Shown here piece by piece: positions 9,217-18,800 of a stretch of DNA of 39,106 bases (position 1 is its first letter; each line of letters opens with the position of its first letter). This stretch comes from Chrysochromulina tobinii. Taxonomy: Eukaryota. The stretch is from assembly GCA_001275005.1 (NCBI GenBank), contig JWZX01002948.1, positions 1 to 39,106 on the forward strand, read 5' to 3'. A program made the translations under genes and the position numbers. The notes under the pieces are model-generated. The model was not told where the DNA came from. It searched no databases and worked only from the letters and a program-made list of their open reading frames with translations.

Positions 9217-10290
9217 CTACTCGGTCTCGGAACTCATTTCGCCGGAATGTTGATGACCCGGTGCAGACCCCGCGGGGAGGACGGCATGGAGAAATTCGTC
9301 ATGGCGGCACAGCGGGCAAAATGCATGCGCACCCTGCATCTGACGCCACTCGCTCCAGCACTCTGTGCACACCTTGTGCGCGCAGCCGAGGGTGGTAGCA
9401 GGCTTGGCGCCATCCGCATCGGTGAAGCTCTCGTAGCACACGGGGCAGGTGTGCTGAGCGCTGAGCAACCCCAGCTTGGTGCGGATGGCGGAGAGCACTG
9501 TATCGAGTGCCCGCGCATTCCTGGCCGCCTGTGCGGTCATTGCGTGCACAAACCACACTTGGGTGTCCTCCGCGATGCCGAGGTTGCGCTCCTGGTCAAT
9601 GGCCTTGAGGGCGTGCTCGATGGTGGATCGCACGCTTGTCGCACCCGCGAACTCACCCTTGACCTCTTCCCACAGCGCGAGCGTGGCTTGTCGCGAGTTG
9701 GTCACAGAGCTCGCGTACTGCTCGAACAGGCGGAACTTGACTGCGCAAGCCTCAGCATTGGGAGGCTCTACCTCGAGCTGACCGAGAACTTCCTGAAGCT
9801 CGGACTGCTCCGCCGCGTGCGCGTGCGCGAGCCCCGCCTCGAATGCGGCCTCCGCTCGTCCATTTTGCTCATCTTCATCGTTCATGACCAAGGTGAGGTA
9901 TGCAGCGGGCACGCTGCCGTCAGCCACGAGTGCTTCGGCCGTCTGCGCGAGGCCGCGTGAGATCAATGCCTCATCGTCGACAAAGCGGACTGGTGACGTG
10001 AAGGAATCCAGCGTCCTCATGGCTGAAGTGGCTCGGTCCGCGATGATGGCAGATGTGCGTGCGAAGTCGGCAATGGGCGATGCTTCTGCAACTGAAATGT
10101 CACGCGAGGCCGTGCGCCACGCCGCTGACGACAGGTGATTGGAAGTGCTCAATCGCCTGCATTTTTTCTGTGCTTCGGCCTGCCGACTAGCCGCTTCAGC
10201 TTGCTGTCTCACACGGTCAATCTGCTCGGGAGACGCGTTTGCCTGCTGAATGGAACGCACGCGCTCGAGCCATGGCGACCATGGCTGCAT
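9217..10290 (-). CDS. C-terminal RING (C3HC4) zinc-finger protein, probable E3 ligase
   Basis: CPVC...GCAHKVCTECW...CPLCR. The ATG at 10290 was chosen as start. Confidence 0.8.
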   Translation of the reverse strand: MQPWSPWLERVRSIQQANASPEQIDRVRQQAEAASRQAEAQKKCRRLSTSNHLSSAAWRTASRDISVAEASPIADFARTSAIIADRATSAMRTLDSFTSPVRFVDDEALISRGLAQTAEALVADGSVPAAYLTLVMNDEDEQNGRAEAAFEAGLAHAHAAEQSELQEVLGQLEVEPPNAEACAVKFRLFEQYASSVTNSRQATLALWEEVKGEFAGATSVRSTIEHALKAIDQERNLGIAEDTQVWFVHAMTAQAARNARALDTVLSAIRTKLGLLSAQHTCPVCYESFTDADGAKPATTLGCAHKVCTECWSEWRQMQGAHAFCPLCRHDEFLHAVLPAGSAPGHQHSGEMSSETE

Positions 10291-10550
10291 AACTCGACTG
10301 CTGCTCTCACAAAGCGAGCACACCCTCCCCACCCGCGGGAAGCAGTGGAGCTTGCTTTCTGCTTGAATTTTCTTGATGTGTCTGTAGCACCATGTCTAAG
10401 GAGCACCATGTCAACGCGCGCCTTCCTCAGGCGCGTATGATCGCGGCCCGTGAGTGCTTTCTTTCCTTCCGCGGCAAAGTCGCGCGAGAGCCGAAGGCCC
10501 GCCAGTCATCTGACACTCGTGACACGCGAGACACAACCCTGTGACACGAA

Positions 10551-11012
10551 ATGACCCAGTTCGGCAGCAAGCGCCGCGCCCCACTTGGTGCACCATCGCC
10601 GGCCGTGGTGATAGCCCAACCGTCGCTCGTCTTTCAGGCCGCATCGTCGACACTTGGCTCCGGCTTTGGTTCCCATAGGCGAGAGCACCCTACCCATTTC
10701 CCCCACCCAGCAAGCGCTCCGTGGGCGGCCTGCTCATCGAGCACCTCACATGACCGCGGGGAGGCGCAGACCACTGTGCAACCAACGCAGCTACAAGCGA
10801 CAGTTCTTCTACCGACGTGGGACCCAACCCAGCAGTCCTTGATGGCCAATCTGCTCGCCGATGCTCTTGCGGATGCACTGGCCTCCAGCGGTTCGTCCCA
10901 TGGCTCAACCGCCTCTAACCGCTCAGCAGCGTCGACTTGTGCTGACGCACCGGCCATTCGCAGGCAGACATCCGCGGCGGAGGCGTTGATGTTCCTGGCA
11001 CGGGCCTTCTAA
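10551..11012 (+). CDS. Possible small hypothetical protein
   Basis: A 153-aa ATG ORF in an otherwise empty interval, ending in an amphipathic AAEALMFL motif. Codon bias is weak. Confidence 0.3.
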   Translation: MTQFGSKRRAPLGAPSPAVVIAQPSLVFQAASSTLGSGFGSHRREHPTHFPHPASAPWAACSSSTSHDRGEAQTTVQPTQLQATVLLPTWDPTQQSLMANLLADALADALASSGSSHGSTASNRSAASTCADAPAIRRQTSAAEALMFLARAF

Positions 11013-11506
11013 GAAGTACCATATCGATGCAAAACAGAGCACAGAGGAGAAGAGACGCCTCTCGGTACCTGCTGAGCACAGGGTCTAACCACGGTGCGAC
11101 CCATGCTCGTGAGGCTGCCCTCTCTGGGGGCCTTTGGGCGCAACGGAGCGCACACCGTGCATGGCAGCACATGGGATGATCTCACACGATGGTACAAAGT
11201 GTGTAAATGAGTAACATGTCAACAGTCTGTGTCCCCCCCGGAGCCCCCGTCACCCAGGTCACCTTGCAATACCTTGCGTCACGGATCGAGGGAGTGACAC
11301 CTCGTTCTTTTGGGGTCGGAAGTTTTAGACCATTTTGAGAGTGGCACTCGGCAGGGTACTCGGCAGCACGGCGACACACGCGCTTTTCTGCGAAGCCTCC
11401 ACAGAATACCTTGCACACCTATTTCGGTTATGATTCGACACCCAAGACACCAGACCGGCGTAGATACGGATGAGGTTACCGCTAGCTCGGGGCCCCCTTA
11501 TTTCAC

Positions 11507-11532
11507 ACTTGACTTGACTTGACTTGACTTGA
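11507..11532. repeat. (ACTTG)n pentanucleotide microsatellite
   Basis: ACTTGACTTGACTTGACTTGACTTGA; a shorter copy lies at ~27894-27909. Confidence 0.9.
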
Positions 11533-11555
11533 ATCACACCTACGAATGGCGCCGC

Positions 11556-12302
11556 ATGTGCGAAAACCCCATCGAAACCGTGGAGACGCCTCGTCTCGTG
11601 AGGAGAATGCCGTCGCAGCCGTCGGAGTACTCAGTAGCCACATCCGCGGGTGCTCTTCTAGTCCACGCCTGGGTTGCCAGTACTGCTCCGCCTAATATGG
11701 TCATCGTCACTGTGCATCCGTGGGCACCACTTGGTGGCGGTGAGCACAACACAGTTGGCTACGGAAAGGCGCTCCCCGAACAGATTCCAGGTACCGTGGT
11801 TCTGACCTTCAACATGCGCTCGTCCTCCATGGTGTGGGGTGTACTGAGCGGTCACAGGAGCGAGGTCGCTCAAGTCAAGGCCGTGTGCGAGTGGGCTCAG
11901 AAGACGTGGAGCAACGCGCGATTGCTGCTGCTGGGCTCTTCGGCAGGAGCACCTGTGGCGGGCAGCGCTCTCGATGCCACTGCCGCAGCGGGTGCCATCT
12001 TCATCGGCTATACGTTCGGACGGCTTTCGTCCATTGCATTCGGCTCGCACTTTGGTGGTGTGCTGCGTTCAACAAAGCCGAAGCTCTTCCTGATGGGCGA
12101 AAATGATGAGTTTACATCGCCCACGGTTCTGCAGGCCAAGGTGGCGTCCTCGAAGGGCAAGAACGCGATGCACATCTTCCCGGATGTGGGTCACTTCGAG
12201 CTCGAACGGTCGGACTTCGATGAAGAGCTATCTTCGGTGATTGCCCAGTGGCTGACGAAAACATGGCCAGTCGATACATCTTGCAGCTCTGCCTCAGGCT
12301 AA
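11556..12302 (+). CDS. Alpha/beta hydrolase
   Basis: HP..GG oxyanion region, GSSAG nucleophile elbow, GENDEF Asp and VGHFE His. The start could be 11556 or 11607. Confidence 0.85.
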   Translation: MCENPIETVETPRLVRRMPSQPSEYSVATSAGALLVHAWVASTAPPNMVIVTVHPWAPLGGGEHNTVGYGKALPEQIPGTVVLTFNMRSSSMVWGVLSGHRSEVAQVKAVCEWAQKTWSNARLLLLGSSAGAPVAGSALDATAAAGAIFIGYTFGRLSSIAFGSHFGGVLRSTKPKLFLMGENDEFTSPTVLQAKVASSKGKNAMHIFPDVGHFELERSDFDEELSSVIAQWLTKTWPVDTSCSSASG

Positions 12303-12549
12303 ACGTACGGCGCTCATGGTAAAACAAAGCCGTAGCTCGTTCTGACTGACAACTTCGGCTGCCGGTCTGCGGCCTGGGCACACCACAAGGGGGCAGCTGC
12401 CGAGACGTGCCAATGTGAGACGTACCGATCGCGGATGTGTTGAATGCCGCACGGCTCGAACGGTATACACTCATGACTTTTAGGGAACCTAACTGTACTA
12501 CACGCATTCTCACCACGGGTAACCTGGTATACGCAAATTTTCTTCTGTA

Positions 12550-13272
12550 TTACGGAACCTTCACGCACACATCCCCATTGATGACGCTCTGGCACGCCAT
12601 GCGGTAATTCGCGGGCCGTTTCGTGCCCTTCTTCTCCTCGACGGCCGTCTTCGGCGAGAGATTCTCCATGCCACTGGTCACCTCCACCCAGCACAACGAG
12701 CACTGGCCGACGCCGCCGCACTGCTGCATCTTCGCCATCACGCCCTTGTAGAGGTCGGCTCCGGCCGCTTGCGCCGCAGTGCGCAAGATCACGCCCTTTT
12801 GTACCTCGACCTTCTTGCCGTCAACGGTCAAAGTTGTCGGAGCGATCGCCTCCTTGGGCTTGCGCACCACGACGAAGCGCAGCACGCCAATCTCAACTTC
12901 CGCAGGAGCGGCGACCAGCTTTTCCATCACCGCGTCAACCCCAGCCTGCGACACGTCCTCCCCTTGCACCGTTCGGATGCGGTCACCCTTCTTGAGCAGG
13001 CCCGTCGTGGCGGCCGAGCCGCCGTCTTGCAGATCGTCGACACGCACGCCAGCTGGCGCGCAGTCCACGATCACCGCACCGAGCGGCTTGGTGAGAGTCA
13101 CGGACAGCTGCTTCGGTTGCCGGAAGTAATCGAACTCGTCGTCAGATTTGAAGGGCTTCTCCTGGGCGGTAATGCTCGCAGCCCGTCTGACCGTCGCTGC
13201 CCTTGGCTGCATGAGCGAGTGTTGAGTCCAAGCTGACCAGCTGACAACGCATAGCACGCTCAGACCGAGCAT
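12550..13272 (-). CDS. PDZ domain + 2Fe-2S ferredoxin protein with signal/transit-like presequence (probably plastid)
   Basis: Hydrophobic N-terminus followed by an R/A/S-rich segment. LTKPLG...GGSAA..GLLKKGDRI..VQG is PDZ-like. CGGVGQCSLC...YRMACQ are the 2Fe-2S ligands. Confidence 0.85.
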   Translation of the reverse strand: MLGLSVLCVVSWSAWTQHSLMQPRAATVRRAASITAQEKPFKSDDEFDYFRQPKQLSVTLTKPLGAVIVDCAPAGVRVDDLQDGGSAATTGLLKKGDRIRTVQGEDVSQAGVDAVMEKLVAAPAEVEIGVLRFVVVRKPKEAIAPTTLTVDGKKVEVQKGVILRTAAQAAGADLYKGVMAKMQQCGGVGQCSLCWVEVTSGMENLSPKTAVEEKKGTKRPANYRMACQSVINGDVCVKVP

Positions 13273-13738
13273 CCGGAAAGCCTTGTGGAGAGAGATCCAC
13301 GAGCACACCGTCGAGGTCTTCATATGAATACACACAACACGTATAAAGCAAATTTCACCGTGCCATCTCGGGTCCCCGGAATCCGCAAGCCATTTCACAC
13401 AGAGCTGCACACACTTGAGGGACGGGCGATTCCGCAGCGCAGGCACGGCAGGGGATCGGTATGAATTTGAATTAAATGAATTCGGGAGGTCTCGAAACTC
13501 GAAGCGAAGTGGTAGTCGGAACAAGTCGTATAGTGTCGGAAGAGCTTGAATATCTTCTCTCTCGCAAGCTTTCTGGCACACCGTCACGCCGTCGCATAAC
13601 ACATGAACATGTCCGCGGTCTCTCAACTCTCTGCCCGCCGCGCGAGGACCCGTGCAGCGTGCATAGGTGCACTCCAAACGCCCGCGCGAGCCCCACACGC
13701 GCCACTCTTCTTGGGCGTCACTAGGGCCGTCTCACGGC

Positions 13739-16700
13739 TCACGCCGCCTCGGCGGGGACCGTCCCACCCTCGGCGGCCTCGGCCGGTGCGGCGGGTACAC
13801 CCCCCCAGATCTGCGCAACGTCGGGCGCCGCGGTGAGCTCGGGGCAGAAGCCCTCGATGACCGCCTTCGTGATCGATGCGAGCGACTGCTCGCCAGTACC
13901 GGGCGGGCCGGTCGCATCGAAGGCGCCCGCCGTGGCCATCACAAGCAGCATATTCTTAAGGGTCTCGGGCACCGCTTCGAGGAGCAGCTCGTTGTTGGGC
14001 GCGTGGGTGTATGACTGGAGCAGCTCGAGCGCGCGCAGCCATAGCAGCGAAAACGTTGGGAGGCTGAGCAAACCGGCGAGGTGATGGAGCAGCCCCTTGG
14101 ACAAGAGCGTGACGGCACGCAGCATGAGCCGCTCGTCGTCGAGCTCCCCCCCCACCGAGCGGTGCAGCACCTCGGCGAGCATCGGGAAGACGACGCCCTC
14201 GAATGCCGCCGCCCACACCTCCGCCGGCTCGCTGCGCACGTCGGGGTGGAGGAGCGCGCGCTGAAGCGCGACGATCGCCGCGTCGCGCACGGCATTCCGT
14301 GAGACGACGCACAGGGAGGCGAGGCCGCGCAGCCACGGCAACCACATGCGCAGCCACGGGCCGTGCGGCGCGAGCGCGGCGGTCGTTAGGTCGACCGTCG
14401 GCGGCAGCGGCGCGAGCGCGCCCGCAGGCAGCGCGCCCGCGACGGCGAGCGTGCGCAGTGAGGCATGCATCTCGGAGACGAGATCGACTGCTCGGATCGC
14501 ATGCTCGAGTGGAGTCGCGTCCGACGCCGCGTGCCTGATGACCGCGCTCATCACGCCCGCGAAGCAGCCCGCCAGCGGTGAGCCGGAGCCTGCAGCGGTG
14601 GCATTGGAGGCGAGGACGAGGGCGTTGAGCGCGTTGAGCGTCGCGGCGGCCGCTGCTTTGGAGGCGAGCACGTCGGGCGACGAGGCCAGCGCGAGGAGCA
14701 CGCGCGACGACGACTCGTCGACGCTCGAGACGACGCTTGGCTGCAGGAGCTCGGCGATGCCTGCGGCCATCATGTCGACCGCGGGGGCGACGAGGACGCC
14801 CTTGGCCTCAACGGTCGTCGCGAGCGGTGGCAGCAAGAGCGGCAGCGTCTCGGGATGGCTCGGCAGCAGCCGGAGGGCCATCCGAAGAGACGCGAGCACC
14901 GCCCCACGTGCGAGGGCGCGGGGCGGCGACTCGCCGAGCGCCGTATCGAGCACCGGCGCCATGCGCGGCCAGAGCGCGCCGAAGCGGTGCCCGTTATGGA
15001 TCGTCACCTCGGCGAGCAGCTGCAGCAGCAGGCTCGCGCGCCGCGCCGTGCCGGGCGCGGTTGGGGCCGCGTCGGCGCCCTCCCCCTCGAGGGGCCGGAT
15101 GCCCAACGCGGCGCGCGCGGCGTCGGCGCCTCCGAGAGGCGCGCTGCCGTCGTGCGCGGCGAGGAGCGCGGCGAGGAGCGCCTCGAGCGAGGCCTCGGTC
15201 ATCGCCGTCGTGCTTGCGAGCAGCTCGGGCAGCTTGTAGCCGCCCACCTCGGCGCGCGCGTGCTCGATCGCGCGCTGCAAGCGCAGCTCTGCCGTACGGT
15301 CGGGTTCAGCCGAGCCGACCAAGTAAGTGACGGCGCCCCAGAGCGAGAAGGACGAGGATGAGGCCAGCTTGGGAGGCTGCGCGGAGAGCTTGGGCTTCTC
15401 CTTGGCGTCGTCCCAGCAGCGGCCGAGCACCGGGTCGGCGCACAGGCTGCTCGGGAGGAGCTCCATCTCGTGCAGCGTGCAGAGCGCCTCCACCACGGGC
15501 AGCCAGTGATGCGCGCTCGTGAGCGCCGGCGCGCTCGAGTGCGCGGTCGCGAAGAGCGCGCCGCCCGCGAGCAGGCACTTTTCGCGCAGCCGCTTCGCGG
15601 CGCTCGCGGCGGCCGCTGGCTCGTCGACCGCGACACTCCCGTCGGCCCCCGGGGTGGCGGCCGTTGCCGCGCCGGCCGGGGCGGCGGCGGCGGCGGTGGT
15701 GGCCTTGGCGGCGGCGGCGGTGGCGGCAGCGGCGGCAGCGTCGACGTCGGCGGCGGCGGCAGCGCACAGGCACGAGGCGACGCCGAGCGAACGTAGGACC
15801 GCCTCCACCATGGGCTGCAGCCCGTGGATCGATGCGAGCCGCGCACACCGGCCGTAGCCCTCGAGGGCCGTGGCCACCGCATCGCGGGAGTCGGCGCGCG
15901 CGAGCATGGCGCCGAGCGCCTCCAGAACGCCCGCCGAGAGCGACGAGAACAGCTGAGCCCGCAACGCGCGCTCAGCGGGCCCGACGTGCGGCGGCGGCGG
16001 CGGCGGAAACAAGGGCAGCGCGCGCGCGGCCGATCGCGCCGTACCGGGCACTGGGGTCGAGGGCGCCGTACCGGGCACACCGACCGAGAGCGCCGTACCG
16101 AGCGCGGCGGGCGGCGGCGGCGGCCCTCCGGGGGGCTTGCCGACGGGCTTGTCTTCGAAGGCTCTCCACGCGGGGCGCGAGAGGACCAGCATCTCCTCGT
16201 TGAGCTTGATCTCGTCGGACTGGATGACGGTGTACACTCGCTCGAGAAAGGGGCGTGGCAGGTCCTTGTTGTTGTTGATGCCTCGGTTGTTGGAGACGAA
16301 CTGGTCCAGAGTCATCTTGTTCGCAATCTGGGGCGAGTGCAGGTCTGTGTTGAGCATGATGATCGCAAAGGCGAGCACGTACGCCGCGTCGCTGTTGGCA
16401 AAGACGCTCGGGTTCGCTTCGAAGACGCCGCGAGCGAAGGCCTCCATCAGCCGATCGATCTTCTGCGCCTCTCCCGGCAGGCGGAAGGACTGCAGGAACA
16501 TGCGGAGCGCCCCCTCGATCTCGTAGGCCGAGAAGTCGAATTGCGCGACGAACGCCCTGAGGACGCTCGCCGACTCGTCGCCGGGCGACGAGAGGAAGTC
16601 GCCTAGGGCCGCCTTCTCCAGCTGCGGCGTCGCACGCAGGAAGGCGGCCACCTCGGCCGGATCGAGAGGCGTCGAGACCAGGCCGGCTTTCTGCAGCGCG

Positions 16701-18529
16701 GCGAGGCCCTTGCCAGGCTTCTTGTTGAACGCATCGGCCGCGGCCTGCACCTCGGACTTGCGCCTTCGTGCGGCGAGCAGCTGCGCCGCCGACTCGTCCG
16801 CCGCGGCGTCGGCGGCCGACAGCGGCGCGCCGTCGCGGGCGCTTGCTTCGGCCTCGAGGGCGAGCACCGAGGGCAGCTCGAGGCCGTCGGCATCGAGGGT
16901 AGTGGACGCGAGCACGTCCAGCAGAGCCTCGATGGCGAGCAAATGGGCCGTGTCGACGGGCACATGCGCGGCGGGGTGCGCGGCGGCTGCGAGCGCGCCA
17001 GCGAGCGCGTGCAGCAGGTCGGAACGCTGCATGTTGCAGTCGAAGGCTGAGAGGAGTCGCATGGAGAGCAGCGGTTGCGAGAGGAGCATAGGCACGCTCT
17101 CCAGCACGAGATGGCGACGGTCGGGAGGGGGCGCGGGCTGCTTCTCGGCGGGCGGCTTGAGGAGCGCAAGGTGCACGCGCGTGAAGAGCGCCTCCTGCTG
17201 TCGGCTGCCGAGCACGCCGACCGTCTGGAGCAGCGCCTGCGCCGTCTTGAGCAGCAGCGAGAGCAGCTCAGTTGGGGGCCCTGGCTCGGGCTCCCCTTCC
17301 TTGCCGTACTTGCACTCGATGTTGGCGATGAGCAGGTAGGAGAGCGAGTCGGTGAGCAGCGTCGAGAGCGCGGGCGTCGCGCCCAGTGGCGCGCCGCCCG
17401 CCCGCAGCGCCGCGAGCAACGCCGCCAACGCAAACTCGCGCACGGGCGGCGGATTATGCGGCTCCGCCGGATCGATCAACCCGATTAGGAAGCGTAGCAC
17501 CTCGTACAAGCAGCCCACCCCGTAGGGTGCCAGCGCCGGCGCTGCCGGCGCCGCCGACGTGCCGTTCGCCGCCGGCTCCGGCTCCGCGCCACCGCCCAAA
17601 CCCGAGCGCGCAGGGGTGCTGGGCGGCTCGGCCTCGGCCGCCGCACCGACCGATGCCGCACCGACCGACGCCGCACCTTCCGCACCTTCCGCGCCTTCCG
17701 CGGGCAGCGCTTCGGCGTCGGCGTCGGCATCGGCCGTCGTGGCCTTTGTGTCGGTGGGCACCTCCCCGGCATCGGCCCCTGCCGCGGCCTCAATCTTGGC
17801 GGCGGCAGCGGCCGCGGCCGCGGCTGCTACCTTTTGGCCTGCCCAGGGAGTCGAGTGGACACGCGCGACAGGCGGCGATGTGGCGCCCGTTCGGGAATCT
17901 GGCGGCAGGGCGGCGGCGCTGGGGTCGGCGACGGTGATCTCGGGGATGCGCGCGAAGAGCGTGCGCACCATCGCGCGCAGCCCAGCCTCCGCCTGGTGGC
18001 GCAGCAGGTCCGACAGCGAGCCTTGCGATGAAATGCGGTAGCACGAGTGCACCACCTCGCACACGGCCTCGTCCGAGAGAGCGCCGCCGCTCGGGCACTG
18101 CACGCAGGCGACGAGCAGCTGCAGGATGCACATGAGCACCACCTCGTCGGCGGCCGGGTCGGTCACCTCGAAGCGGCAGTAGGTCGCCGCGCGCACGATT
18201 GCCACGATCGTTTCAGGCTCGGTGGCTGGATCAAGCGTGAGCAGCCCCGCCTCGAGGAAGGTGTGAACAGCGAGCAACGCCCGCTGCGTGACGACGCCGC
18301 TCGTGTTCTCCTGCCGAATGGTCTCCAGGAAGGGCTCGATGTACTCGAGGCTGCTCACCCGCCTCGTGAGCACGGCGCGGCGCGCCTGGTTGAAGTGGCG
18401 CAGCAGCTTCGTGCCGGACGGGGGCGGCGCTCGGTAGGCGCTAGTCGCGGCTCGCCAGTCGGCGCGAAGCTGCGTGGTGATGGATGCAATCTCGAACGAG
18501 ACGATGTCGCGCAGCTCGCCGCGCGCCAT
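13739..18529 (-). CDS. GBF1: Large Sec7-domain ARF-GEF, GBF1/GNOM type, intronless
   Basis: DCB (PFLETIRQENTSG, CRFEVTDPAADEVVLMCILQLL), HUS (FDCNMQRSDL) and Sec7 (FRLPGEAQKIDRLMEAF, YVLAFAIIMLNTDLH) motifs, plus the GBF1-type C-terminus (LLEAVPETLKNMLLVM). Confidence 0.92.
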   Translation of the reverse strand: MARGELRDIVSFEIASITTQLRADWRAATSAYRAPPPSGTKLLRHFNQARRAVLTRRVSSLEYIEPFLETIRQENTSGVVTQRALLAVHTFLEAGLLTLDPATEPETIVAIVRAATYCRFEVTDPAADEVVLMCILQLLVACVQCPSGGALSDEAVCEVVHSCYRISSQGSLSDLLRHQAEAGLRAMVRTLFARIPEITVADPSAAALPPDSRTGATSPPVARVHSTPWAGQKVAAAAAAAAAAKIEAAAGADAGEVPTDTKATTADADADAEALPAEGAEGAEGAASVGAASVGAAAEAEPPSTPARSGLGGGAEPEPAANGTSAAPAAPALAPYGVGCLYEVLRFLIGLIDPAEPHNPPPVREFALAALLAALRAGGAPLGATPALSTLLTDSLSYLLIANIECKYGKEGEPEPGPPTELLSLLLKTAQALLQTVGVLGSRQQEALFTRVHLALLKPPAEKQPAPPPDRRHLVLESVPMLLSQPLLSMRLLSAFDCNMQRSDLLHALAGALAAAAHPAAHVPVDTAHLLAIEALLDVLASTTLDADGLELPSVLALEAEASARDGAPLSAADAAADESAAQLLAARRRKSEVQAAADAFNKKPGKGLAALQKAGLVSTPLDPAEVAAFLRATPQLEKAALGDFLSSPGDESASVLRAFVAQFDFSAYEIEGALRMFLQSFRLPGEAQKIDRLMEAFARGVFEANPSVFANSDAAYVLAFAIIMLNTDLHSPQIANKMTLDQFVSNNRGINNNKDLPRPFLERVYTVIQSDEIKLNEEMLVLSRPAWRAFEDKPVGKPPGGPPPPPAALGTALSVGVPGTAPSTPVPGTARSAARALPLFPPPPPPHVGPAERALRAQLFSSLSAGVLEALGAMLARADSRDAVATALEGYGRCARLASIHGLQPMVEAVLRSLGVASCLCAAAAADVDAAAAAATAAAAKATTAAAAAPAGAATAATPGADGSVAVDEPAAAASAAKRLREKCLLAGGALFATAHSSAPALTSAHHWLPVVEALCTLHEMELLPSSLCADPVLGRCWDDAKEKPKLSAQPPKLASSSSFSLWGAVTYLVGSAEPDRTAELRLQRAIEHARAEVGGYKLPELLASTTAMTEASLEALLAALLAAHDGSAPLGGADAARAALGIRPLEGEGADAAPTAPGTARRASLLLQLLAEVTIHNGHRFGALWPRMAPVLDTALGESPPRALARGAVLASLRMALRLLPSHPETLPLLLPPLATTVEAKGVLVAPAVDMMAAGIAELLQPSVVSSVDESSSRVLLALASSPDVLASKAAAAATLNALNALVLASNATAAGSGSPLAGCFAGVMSAVIRHAASDATPLEHAIRAVDLVSEMHASLRTLAVAGALPAGALAPLPPTVDLTTAALAPHGPWLRMWLPWLRGLASLCVVSRNAVRDAAIVALQRALLHPDVRSEPAEVWAAAFEGVVFPMLAEVLHRSVGGELDDERLMLRAVTLLSKGLLHHLAGLLSLPTFSLLWLRALELLQSYTHAPNNELLLEAVPETLKNMLLVMATAGAFDATGPPGTGEQSLASITKAVIEGFCPELTAAPDVAQIWGGVPAAPAEAAEGGTVPAEAA

Positions 18530-18800
18530 CTCTGTCTCAGTGGGTTGGGTGGCGAGGTGCGAGGAACTTCGCACCGCGACGCGATGACGGCGACAATCAA
18601 GGGCTTGGAGTCGTCTCACGCACCGCTATCTCGGATGGTTGATATACGTCTGTTTGAGACCTAATCAAGGAGACCTAATCATGTAATTAAGGCCAGGGTG
18701 AGCGCTACCGTATCGCCGAACGCACGACGCGAAGACTGCGCTCACAGCCGCCGCGGCCCCGTGCTGCTTTGGCGAGGGAGGAGCCGCACGCGATTGTCTC

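Noticed and set aside
18656..18681. 12-bp direct repeat GAGACCTAATCA in the GBF1/ARM divergent promoter
   Set aside because: It is too short to distinguish a regulatory element from a chance microduplication.
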